Source: a virus. Taken from it: a stretch of DNA of 64,000 nucleotides. A model generated the notes under the pieces. The model searched no databases. It was not told where the DNA came from and saw only the letters and a program-made list of their open reading frames with translations. How positions within the stretch are numbered: position 1 is the stretch's first letter; the number at the start of each line of letters is the position of its first letter. Location: the IMG/VR virus record IMGVR_UViG_3300030099_006944, positions 1 through 64,000 of that record; one strand, written 5' to 3'. Shown in pieces: positions 8,073 through 16,556 of this stretch. The position numbers and the translations under genes were made by a program.

Positions 8073-8093
8073 CCCCCGTACCACGGGGGTTTT
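8073..8093 (+). terminator. Intrinsic terminator
   Basis: CCCCCGT-acc-ACGGGGG followed by T-run. Confidence 0.7.
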
Positions 8094-8107
8094 ACATTGG
8101 AGGTTTT

Positions 8108-8197
8108 ATGACCCATCGCTTTGAAATGTTACTTGGTGGTTTCCTTGTTGGCATGCAACTTGGTTTGTTTGTTGTTACGTTTATTGTTTCGCTTTGA
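8108..8197 (+). CDS. 29-aa hydrophobic peptide (not in ORF track)
   Basis: GGAGG at 8099; MTHRFEMLLGGFLVGMQLGLFVVTFIVSL. Confidence 0.45.
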   Translation: MTHRFEMLLGGFLVGMQLGLFVVTFIVSL

Positions 8198-8358
8198 GCG
8201 CGTGAACCCCCTCCCCCCCGGGTGGTGGAGGTCTTGGAGATCTCTTCGAAATAAGTTCTTCATGTTACGCTTTCGCGGACGAGCGAAGCGAGATACGCCA
8301 GACCGCTCTACAAAAATTCCCAGAATCGAAAATTTCCCCCAATTAGATCACCGAGGTA

Positions 8359-8365
8359 CTATTTA
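8359..8365 (+). promoter_or_regulatory. Candidate late promoter motif CTATTTA
   Basis: Upstream of the first gene of the AT-rich zone; recurs before other genes. Confidence 0.4.
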
Positions 8366-8406
8366 AGGTAGTAAAAATATTCTCAAAAAATTTTTGGAGA
8401 TTTTGA

Positions 8407-8868
8407 ATGTCAAAAGATATGAAGCTGATAATGGAAACGTTTCGAAAAAACGTCGTACAAGAAAAAGAAGAATTGCAGACGGTTGGTGCCGTTTTAAGCA
8501 TCATACAGAAATTCCGACAAGCGAAAGCAGGTGGTGAGGCAGGCAAAAAAGCACTCGAAATGACCATTGAGCAAATTCCGATCGTTAGTAATATATGGAG
8601 CATCGTGAAGGGCGCCAAAGAAGCCAAAGATATGATCTCTACTCTATATGGGATGGATGATAAATTCCAGAGCAATACCGGACTAGACAAGCTTAACATC
8701 GATGATAATATTTCAAAGATAGTCGACGACAAAGTGGAGGCAGCGTTTTTAAATTTTTTAATTGACAAATTAGGAAAAATGAATCCAGACGCACCAATGC
8801 CAGACGCGTCGATTGAAATTCAAGATTTTTTAGCTAGCAAATTTGATCAACATACGATAAAAAAATAA
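8407..8868 (+). CDS. Putative virion-internal protein, MSKDMK-tag family
   Basis: N-terminus MSKDMKLIMETFRKNVVQE nearly matches ORF 25464. Confidence 0.65.
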   Translation: MSKDMKLIMETFRKNVVQEKEELQTVGAVLSIIQKFRQAKAGGEAGKKALEMTIEQIPIVSNIWSIVKGAKEAKDMISTLYGMDDKFQSNTGLDKLNIDDNISKIVDDKVEAAFLNFLIDKLGKMNPDAPMPDASIEIQDFLASKFDQHTIKK

Positions 8869-8880
8869 GGACAATTCCCA

Positions 8881-9153
8881 ATGAAGATAACAAAAAAACA
8901 ATTAATGGAAATCATCGAAGAAGCAATGACAGTGATGGAAGACGATGAGGCTCCGGAGCCCGGTGGCGAGACGATGTCGGATGTTGGGAGGGTCCTAACT
9001 TATATCGACAAGATAGACAACTATAAAGAATACGGACAACTATTACAAAAAATATTAGAACACGAAGTTAGAGGAAAAGATGTCGTTATGAGGAAAGTTT
9101 TAGGCAACCAAATAGCCAACGCAATCCTTAAAAAATTGGGTGGATCAAAATGA
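8881..9153 (+). CDS. Putative virion-internal protein, MKITK-tag family
   Basis: MKITKKQLMEIIEE. Confidence 0.65.
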   Translation: MKITKKQLMEIIEEAMTVMEDDEAPEPGGETMSDVGRVLTYIDKIDNYKEYGQLLQKILEHEVRGKDVVMRKVLGNQIANAILKKLGGSK

Positions 9154-9323
9154 AGTTGGAGTTATCACACATCATAGCACTATTGACCATTGGAGCAACG
9201 CTAGTGGGCTTTTATTACACTACAAATCACCGCCTAGACCATCTAGAAGATATCGTTGTAGAATTGAAAGAAAGGGATATGTTGCTTGAACAAAAGATAA
9301 ACAAAAAAGGAAAAAAGAAATGA
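9150..9323 (+). CDS. 57-aa TM plus coiled-coil protein (not in ORF track)
   Basis: MKLELSHIIALLTIGATLVGFYY...KINKKGKKK; ATGA overlaps at both ends. Confidence 0.55.
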   Translation: MKLELSHIIALLTIGATLVGFYYTTNHRLDHLEDIVVELKERDMLLEQKINKKGKKK

Positions 9324-9856
9324 GCAAAAGAAAAAGTCAATGGCCGTCACAATTTTCGCCGGTAAAACCATGGGAGTCGTTTTTGGTATATTTCGACAAA
9401 GGAGCAAAGGCTCCGCCCATTCCACCTAGGATGGTTCGAATAAAAGGAAGCATTGACGTACGTCACACTCTTAACCTTAAAAAAAATTATCAACAAAACA
9501 ACGTAATCATTGATATTCAGGTCGATAACATCACCCCTGATGGTAGACACACTCCCGTTGATATGTGGCTTAACGTTAGTGGTTACAACATAGAACCCGA
9601 CCCCGATGGGAAGTATATCGATATCGATGCATGGGTTCTCAAAAACAAAGGGATTTCCGATGACTTTGGTAATATCCTTGACCGTCAAGGAAAACTTGTT
9701 GCAACAAAGAAACAACAAAACAAATGGTCGGGCGTTCCAACGCACACTCCTAAGCCTCCGCAAAAACAAACTGATTCTAGCGGTAATATCATGGAAGGAC
9801 TTACCAAAGAGAAGTTGCACAAACTAATTGAACAGGTAATGAGAGATTTGAAATGA
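9320..9856 (+). CDS. Hypothetical protein with C-terminal tag-like helix
   Basis: Ends EGLTKEKLHKLIEQVMRDLK. Confidence 0.6.
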   Translation: MSKRKSQWPSQFSPVKPWESFLVYFDKGAKAPPIPPRMVRIKGSIDVRHTLNLKKNYQQNNVIIDIQVDNITPDGRHTPVDMWLNVSGYNIEPDPDGKYIDIDAWVLKNKGISDDFGNILDRQGKLVATKKQQNKWSGVPTHTPKPPQKQTDSSGNIMEGLTKEKLHKLIEQVMRDLK

Positions 9857-12027
9857 AGCTTAACAAAAAATATTTGTTCGGGCTGATAATGGAAGCCTTG
9901 GAAGACGATGGTTTATCAAACGAAGAGCGTCAAGATTTTTTCGCGAAAGCAATGGATCTTGCCTCTGTTGATTGGCCAAGTGTACAACAAGCATTAGAAT
10001 TAATTCAATACGTTAATTTTGACGAAAAACAAATGCAAGCTCTTAAGAGCACCATGGAAGATACAATTTTAGGCGCGAATGGGCCCGACGAACCCGGACC
10101 GGCTTTAAAAGAATTAGGCTTTGATTTTCACCAAATTTTTCAAAACGAAATGGGGTTTCGTCCTCCGGAAGGAGAGTTCGAACTAAAAAACAAAATCTTT
10201 TCTCTTCGGGCTAACCCCGGCGGTAATCGAATGGAGTTTGAATTTTATTTTGATCAACAAGGGCCGCTAGCGATAGAGCCTTTCTTTCATTTCAAAAGCC
10301 CTCTTCAACCATATGATGGCTATGTCGGAATGGACATGGACAGAGAGATCACTTTTTCTGCTGGCTCTGCTCGAACCTTTGGTGCTGATGAGATTACAAT
10401 ATCCAAGAGAGAGTTGCCCGGAAGACTTAGAAAAGCTATGGGTTTTGGTCCGGATGAGGACATCCCGGGATGGCCCGGATTACCGAAGGGATCGGCGCCA
10501 ACCATAAACGAAAACCAAGGGAATCTAGGATTCTCTACTGCTGAGGAGTTCGAAGAGTGGTTGTACTCCGAGTATATGAAGGGTGCAAAATATTTTAAAC
10601 AAGGTGCTGGGAACTTTAATCATGGTGAGTTTAAAAAGGTCATCAAAACTTTTTTAAATATCGAATGGAGACCTGCTAACAAAAGACCTTGGAAGGAACA
10701 CTCTATTCATGAACCTTTTGCGGCATATAGATTTATTGAAGAGGCTGATCACATGTTTCCTTTTATATGGCGTCTTTTAGGTCATGATAGGAGCCACAAG
10801 AGACCCGACGGGAAATCGTACGGATGGCAAGGAAGTAACTGGGAGGATAGGTATTATAGATTAAGGCATTCTTCTGAGCATCCAATAATTAAACGATTAC
10901 AAGACCTTGCAAAAAAGATGATGAATGCTCTTTCTTTTTCTAGTAGACAATTACCTACATTTAAAAAAGCGCTTGGCTTGAAAGAGTCCGGTAAACAAAA
11001 ATTAAATAAAGATTATTTGTTTCATATGATCAACGAGGTTCTTCGCGAAGACGAAGAAGAGCAAGAACCGATCGATATCTTAAAAGATAAAATTGAAAAC
11101 GTCATCAAACTAAAAGATTGGAGCTACTATGTCCAATTTTTTGAATTGATCGATACTTTCGAAGATAGCGCTTTAATAGAAAAGGAAGAGGCTAACGCAC
11201 TTCGCGAAAGGTTGTGGGGAGCCGTCTGGTTTTTAAAAGTTTATGATCGCGATAACTTGGATGAAGTTGCTGAATTATTTTTAACTCACAAAAACCTTCC
11301 GGAAGACACCAAAGAAGATATTCACTCTTCCATTTATTATTATGGTGGATATTTTAGGGATACCGAATGGACTCTCAAGTATGTGGCTAAATCGCTTGGA
11401 TTAAATTTGAAGATTGAAGCCATTGATCCTGATAATTTGTATGAACTTAGTGGCGCTGATGGAGATGATTTAGATAAGCTTAAGGATCACTTGCTTGAAT
11501 TGGGTGAAGAAGAGAAATACTTTGAGGTGTATCCTGAGACCGGAGGTCTGTTGTTTGGTGTGTTAGCAAAACCTTATGTCAACTTTGAGAAGAAAATAGA
11601 GGAAATTTTTGGCGCAACGCCGAGCGGCGATCCTATGATGTCTGGTGGTTCTATGATGACCGTCTCGATAAGGAAATCGATCGATGAACCTTTTGAGGCT
11701 CCGATGGTGAAGGGCAGTAAAGTAACAGCAGATATAATGTTTGAGTGGAGTCCGGAGACCGAGTATGGAATGGAGATCACTCTTCTTCCTGCTAAATTGG
11801 GAACTACACCACAAACATTGCTTGATGAGTATTATGGAATCTGGGTGAGTGTTGCACAAGAGGGTCCTAATATCGGAAAACTTGAAATTGGAATTCAAAA
11901 TTATGAGGATGAATTTGCGGACCACAAACAGGTTCAGAACAAAAACGGAACTTACGGATTTACTGTTGAAGAAATGAAAGACAAAATCAAAGAAATAACT
12001 GGAATTGACTTAAATGAAATTAACTAA
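9853..12027 (+). CDS. Large tagged protein with two modules
   Basis: MKLNKKYLFGLIME at the N-terminus and KLNKDYLFHMINE internally. Confidence 0.7.
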   Translation: MKLNKKYLFGLIMEALEDDGLSNEERQDFFAKAMDLASVDWPSVQQALELIQYVNFDEKQMQALKSTMEDTILGANGPDEPGPALKELGFDFHQIFQNEMGFRPPEGEFELKNKIFSLRANPGGNRMEFEFYFDQQGPLAIEPFFHFKSPLQPYDGYVGMDMDREITFSAGSARTFGADEITISKRELPGRLRKAMGFGPDEDIPGWPGLPKGSAPTINENQGNLGFSTAEEFEEWLYSEYMKGAKYFKQGAGNFNHGEFKKVIKTFLNIEWRPANKRPWKEHSIHEPFAAYRFIEEADHMFPFIWRLLGHDRSHKRPDGKSYGWQGSNWEDRYYRLRHSSEHPIIKRLQDLAKKMMNALSFSSRQLPTFKKALGLKESGKQKLNKDYLFHMINEVLREDEEEQEPIDILKDKIENVIKLKDWSYYVQFFELIDTFEDSALIEKEEANALRERLWGAVWFLKVYDRDNLDEVAELFLTHKNLPEDTKEDIHSSIYYYGGYFRDTEWTLKYVAKSLGLNLKIEAIDPDNLYELSGADGDDLDKLKDHLLELGEEEKYFEVYPETGGLLFGVLAKPYVNFEKKIEEIFGATPSGDPMMSGGSMMTVSIRKSIDEPFEAPMVKGSKVTADIMFEWSPETEYGMEITLLPAKLGTTPQTLLDEYYGIWVSVAQEGPNIGKLEIGIQNYEDEFADHKQVQNKNGTYGFTVEEMKDKIKEITGIDLNEIN

Positions 12028-12739
12028 AGAAAAATTAAAAAAACTTATTCTCGAAACAATGAGCGAATCACAATATTATTATGATGCGAGTGACTTAGAT
12101 ACTGACTTTGCTCAACAAGCTATCGAGATTGGACAATCCTTGGGGGATGAAGGAGAAAGAGATCGATCGGCGCAAGTCGACAAGTATGTTTCTCTCAAAG
12201 TAAACAAAGAACTCAAAAAAGCCATCGAAGAGCACACAAAAGAATTACTTAAAGACTTAACAAACGAAGCCGCACAAACCATGGGACTATTCGATAACGA
12301 TGACGAGGAATATTTTGAAAAAACTTGGAACGAACTCGAAGGGTTGTACACCAGAGCATTACGAAGACCTCTACAGGCTATGAAAGAATTTGACGGATCT
12401 CAGGAATCTATTGATAAATGGGTGGACACATTGAAAAGCGTTGAACGTGTTTTATATAAAGCAAAAGATCCCGGAATGTATTACCTAGGAAGACTTACAC
12501 CAGAACATCTTATTATTGGCGATACATACAACACTGGTAACACGTGGGATCTAGAAGGCTGGGATTATGAATACGATAAGATGTCAATAAAACCAGAAAC
12601 GGCAGTAAAAGAAGCAGAAGAGTTTTTCCGACCTGCTATTATGAAGACTATCATGGGCATTCAAAAACGTAAAACCGGTGTTGATGTTGGAGAAATGTTT
12701 GGCATCGATGAAGACAAAAAAAGATTAAATAAATTCTAA
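12014..12739 (+). CDS. Tagged hypothetical protein
   Basis: MKLTKEKLKKLILE. Confidence 0.7.
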   Translation: MKLTKEKLKKLILETMSESQYYYDASDLDTDFAQQAIEIGQSLGDEGERDRSAQVDKYVSLKVNKELKKAIEEHTKELLKDLTNEAAQTMGLFDNDDEEYFEKTWNELEGLYTRALRRPLQAMKEFDGSQESIDKWVDTLKSVERVLYKAKDPGMYYLGRLTPEHLIIGDTYNTGNTWDLEGWDYEYDKMSIKPETAVKEAEEFFRPAIMKTIMGIQKRKTGVDVGEMFGIDEDKKRLNKF

Positions 12740-12751
12740 ATCCTTCTATAA

Positions 12752-12777
12752 CCCCCTATTTACTTATATAAGGGGGG
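12752..12777 (+). promoter_or_regulatory. RBS-sequestering hairpin containing CTATTTA
   Basis: CCCCCT (12752-57) pairs with AGGGGG (12771-76) just before ATG 12785. Confidence 0.45.
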
Positions 12778-12784
12778 CTTATGA

Positions 12785-14368
12785 ATGTGGTTATTGGGAA
12801 TTTTATTTGCGTGTAATGACATAACACTAACAAAAGTACAGGATCCAGAGCCTGAAATTGTGGTTTTGCCGGAGATTATTGACTTTGGCAACATAAGGTC
12901 AGGAGAAGAGACTGGTGTAGAAGAATTAACTATTGTAAATGCAGGGGACGAAGTATTATTGCTTAGTCCCTTGAATCTTATTGCGGGTAATCACCGTTTC
13001 AGCATTGATCATGATGAAACAGAAGATTGGGAGTTACAACCCGGAGAAGGAATTCAAATTGATGTCTATTATGAGCCTCAAACATATGAGAGTAATGGTG
13101 GCCTCATAGAAGTCGTTTCTAACGACGATGAGAGCCCTCAGATTGAAGTTTTAGTTCTCGGCAAGGGTGATGCCCCTGTAATGACTGTCGAGCCAATCTC
13201 GTACGATTATGGGACGATTTCAATGGGCTGTGATAATGAAGAAAGAATCACTATTAGAAATGATGGCAACTTGCCTCTCACTGTTGATAGTGTATCGCAA
13301 ATGGTAACACAACCGGTTGATATCATTATGGAATTTGGTTCTCTACCTCCGCCACCTTGGGTTCTCGACCCAAATCAAGAAGTTGACTTTCTAGTTTCTT
13401 ATATTCCATCCGATGTTGGGCTGGATGAAAGTTCTATCACAGTTATTGGTGATGACCCTCAAACGCCAGAAGTAGAAGTTAGACAATTAGGTGATGGAGT
13501 AATAGAGCAATACATAATACAAACTCACGTACAAGAAGAGATTGCAATCTTAGACATTGTTTTTGTTATTGACAATTCTGGTTCGATGAATGTCTTTCAG
13601 CAACAGTTAGCTTCTCAAATGACTTCTTTCATGAATGTTTTTCTTGCCAGTGGTGCTGATTTTCATATGGGCTTCATCACAACTGATCGCGGTTTTTTAC
13701 AATGCAGTGGCGTAATTTGTTGGATTGACAATACCTCCGCTAATCCAGTCGACTGGGCTCAGGGAGTAATATCGCAAATAAATATTGGAGGGTCTGCTGT
13801 TGAGAAAGGTATTGAAATGGCCAAAAGATTTTTTGAGAATACGAATTATGATAATGGTGGTGCCCCCGGAACTTCTTTTTGGAGGAACGATTCTACTACG
13901 GTTGTAATTTATGTATCAGACGAACCTGATTTTAGTATTGGTGGCTGGTCTGCTTATACATATTTTTTCGACACACTAAAAGCTGATGTTGATATGATGA
14001 GGCATTTTGCTGTGATTGGAGATTATCCTTCCGGTTGTGGTTTTCAGTTTGGCGGTAATTTCAGAAATATTCAATTTGGATCAGGATATTGGGATATGAC
14101 TCAACGTTATAACGGAGACTGGTATTCGATTTGTGCAACAGATTGGGGTAGTCAAATGCAAGACCTAGCAAACACTGTTACTATTAGAAGCACATTTCCA
14201 TTAGACGAACCAGATCCGATCGAATCTTCTATCATAGTCAGTGTTAATGGTCAAGTGGTTACTGGTTGGCAATATGACTCCATAAGCAATTCTGTTGTCT
14301 TCAACGAAGATTCCATTCCGGAGTCTAGTCAAACCATTACGATCGAATATGGTATCTGGGGATGCTAA
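12785..14368 (+). CDS. Putative lipoprotein: two Ig-like (ASH/choice-of-anchor D-type) domains plus VWA
   Basis: MWLLGILFA-C lipobox-like; repeats PEIIDFGNI..LTIVNAG and PISYDYGTI..ITIRNDG; LDIVFVIDNSGSM MIDAS. Confidence 0.75.
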   Translation: MWLLGILFACNDITLTKVQDPEPEIVVLPEIIDFGNIRSGEETGVEELTIVNAGDEVLLLSPLNLIAGNHRFSIDHDETEDWELQPGEGIQIDVYYEPQTYESNGGLIEVVSNDDESPQIEVLVLGKGDAPVMTVEPISYDYGTISMGCDNEERITIRNDGNLPLTVDSVSQMVTQPVDIIMEFGSLPPPPWVLDPNQEVDFLVSYIPSDVGLDESSITVIGDDPQTPEVEVRQLGDGVIEQYIIQTHVQEEIAILDIVFVIDNSGSMNVFQQQLASQMTSFMNVFLASGADFHMGFITTDRGFLQCSGVICWIDNTSANPVDWAQGVISQINIGGSAVEKGIEMAKRFFENTNYDNGGAPGTSFWRNDSTTVVIYVSDEPDFSIGGWSAYTYFFDTLKADVDMMRHFAVIGDYPSGCGFQFGGNFRNIQFGSGYWDMTQRYNGDWYSICATDWGSQMQDLANTVTIRSTFPLDEPDPIESSIIVSVNGQVVTGWQYDSISNSVVFNEDSIPESSQTITIEYGIWGC

Positions 14369-14874
14369 CCCGTCATTATAGGTGGTGGCTAATTCTTTCT
14401 GGAATTGTTGGGTTTATTTTGGGGGTGACCTTGAAAATTGCTTGGGAAGAGAGTCAGTTTATCTTAGCCGAATGGGAAGAAGACCCTATCTTAGTTATAT
14501 GTCCTGATAGTCATTTGACCAATTATCGCGTTAGTAAAGCGGTTGAATGGTGGGGAATCCGCGGATATAATATTTCATATGTGCACTGGGACAGGAGCAA
14601 CGAAATATGTTCCAACACTTGGTCACAAGGAATGATTTTGGTTCGAGGCCAAGGCGAGTTACTGCCTGATACCTATGCTATCACTTCTAGATTAACAATT
14701 ATCAACAAAATGATTTCTGCTCAAATCATACTTCCAAACGATCGTAAATTTATGCCCAGATTGTTAGAACACGAACTAGGTCACGCTTTTGGTATGAAGC
14801 ATGTAGAGAAGATTGGACACATAATGCACCCAATACATGAGCAAGGCGGAGAAAAATTTTGGATTCCAGATTAA
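14362..14874 (+). CDS. Membrane-anchored matrixin-type (metzincin) protease
   Basis: N-terminal TM; HELGHAFGMKH; Met-turn HIMHP. Confidence 0.8.
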   Translation: MLTRHYRWWLILSGIVGFILGVTLKIAWEESQFILAEWEEDPILVICPDSHLTNYRVSKAVEWWGIRGYNISYVHWDRSNEICSNTWSQGMILVRGQGELLPDTYAITSRLTIINKMISAQIILPNDRKFMPRLLEHELGHAFGMKHVEKIGHIMHPIHEQGGEKFWIPD

Positions 14875-14888
14875 CATTTACCTCCAAA

Positions 14889-14904
14889 CTATTTATTGTG
14901 AGGT
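14889..14904 (+). promoter_or_regulatory. Candidate late promoter/RBS 16-mer
   Basis: CTATTTATTGTGAGGT, identical to 25210-25225. Confidence 0.55.
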
Positions 14905-14911
14905 GGAAGTA

Positions 14912-16513
14912 ATGAAGATTCGGATAATAAAAGAAGTTATAAGTAAGAGCGGTGACAAGTGGGTTGTGAAATCAAAAAAGGGAAAGACCCTAGGCACACA
15001 TGATTCTGAAACAAAAGCAAAAGCACAATTGGCAGCCATCGAGGCTAGCAAGAATGAAGAACAATTGGAAGAAATTTCTTCTGTTGGCAGTGGTGCTGTT
15101 CAAGGTTATGGAGCTCCGCTAGGTAGTAAAAAAGACAACGAAGAATTCAATGAAAGTGAAAAACAAGCCTCTAAACTCAAAGGAAAAAAATTAGCAGAAA
15201 TGTTTTCTTCCTCGACACAAACAGGTGGTTTGCGAATTAGTATCGTACGGGGAGAAAAAGAACATGCTGGTCATGTAGAAAGAGCCAGACACCAAGGTCT
15301 CAGAAACGTAATGAAAGAAGATGATGATGCTACTTTACCTATGGATGACAGCACTAGGCCTTTACCTGATGCTAAACCAATCCCTGTACCTCGTGATCCA
15401 GTGGAAGTCATGTTGGAGAAAAACGGATATAAGCTCAAAAAGAAACTAGGAGAAGGACAGTATGGAGTTGTTGTTCTTGCTACTGAGATTGACGAATATG
15501 GTGGTCACAATTTCGCTATTAAGATCTTAAAGAAGACTGGTGGAGAAGCTATAGCACGTGAAGTTAGAAACTATCGAGAGATATCTAGTGCTCGCGATAA
15601 AAACCCGGTAATTGCAAAGCATTTTCCAGAAGTCTTTAAGATATTTGAAGAAGAGGGGAACACTTTTATTGTAATGGAAGTATTGGAGCCTCTGCATGCT
15701 GAATTGAAGGGGATTTTTAGCGGAGTTGAACAGATTATGCATAAACAAAGACCTATGATGGCGCCGAATTGGCCAATCTCACAATTTGACAGCGACAAAG
15801 ATGTATCAAAAAGAGTTGAAATGATGTTGGATGACTCTAAGCAGATTGCTAATCTGATTGATGTTGTTAAAAGGAGACTACTAACGTATTCTACTGAGTA
15901 TAATAAAAAAATAGAACCACAAGTTTTAAAAGATATAGAGACCGCTATAAACCCAAGTGTATTCGCGAACTTCCGGAGTGTGTCTAGAAAAGAAGCTAGT
16001 CAAAAAGTCAATCGGTTTAACGACCAAATTTTAGATTATCTTGGCGGGGCGGCAGGAATTTACTCATCTATCATGACTGATATGAAGAATTCTCCTGCTA
16101 GTCAAGTTTTTGTCACATTGATGTGCAAAAAGATTATAGAAATAATGAAACGTTATACCCCACAAGGTGACAACGTCAAAGATTTTACTGAATTTATCGT
16201 CAAGCCCTTCTTGGAGCGGTTCCAAAAACAATATAGGATGTCAACTTCTCTCAAAGGTGGCTATTCCCAATCAGATATTGGCAAAGAAGGAGGCAGAAGA
16301 GATGATGCTGAGAGTATCTTTCAAGCAATTATGGGCCTTCAAAAAGAAACAGGGTTGTTTGCTCGCGATTTACACGACGGAAACGCAATGAGAAGGCCGG
16401 ATGGTGACATTGTAATAGTAGATGTTGGAATGTTTAAAACAGACACTGAACTAAATCAAATGAAAAAAGGAAAACTCCGGGAAAACCGGATCAGAATCAA
16501 AATAAAACGTTGA
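14912..16513 (+). CDS. Tagged protein with Ser/Thr(Tyr) protein kinase domain
   Basis: LGEGQYGVV; FAIKIL; helix-C E (AREVRN); IVMEVL; RDLHDGN; IVDVG. Start chosen after the GAGGT RBS. Confidence 0.8.
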   Translation: MKIRIIKEVISKSGDKWVVKSKKGKTLGTHDSETKAKAQLAAIEASKNEEQLEEISSVGSGAVQGYGAPLGSKKDNEEFNESEKQASKLKGKKLAEMFSSSTQTGGLRISIVRGEKEHAGHVERARHQGLRNVMKEDDDATLPMDDSTRPLPDAKPIPVPRDPVEVMLEKNGYKLKKKLGEGQYGVVVLATEIDEYGGHNFAIKILKKTGGEAIAREVRNYREISSARDKNPVIAKHFPEVFKIFEEEGNTFIVMEVLEPLHAELKGIFSGVEQIMHKQRPMMAPNWPISQFDSDKDVSKRVEMMLDDSKQIANLIDVVKRRLLTYSTEYNKKIEPQVLKDIETAINPSVFANFRSVSRKEASQKVNRFNDQILDYLGGAAGIYSSIMTDMKNSPASQVFVTLMCKKIIEIMKRYTPQGDNVKDFTEFIVKPFLERFQKQYRMSTSLKGGYSQSDIGKEGGRRDDAESIFQAIMGLQKETGLFARDLHDGNAMRRPDGDIVIVDVGMFKTDTELNQMKKGKLRENRIRIKIKR

Positions 16514-16538
16514 CAAATAGCAAAAAACGTGTTATAAT
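16510..16538 (+). promoter_or_regulatory. Consensus sigma70 promoter
   Basis: TTGACA-17nt-TATAAT with extended TG. Confidence 0.8.
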
Positions 16539-16556
16539 ATATTAAAAGGACAAGAG

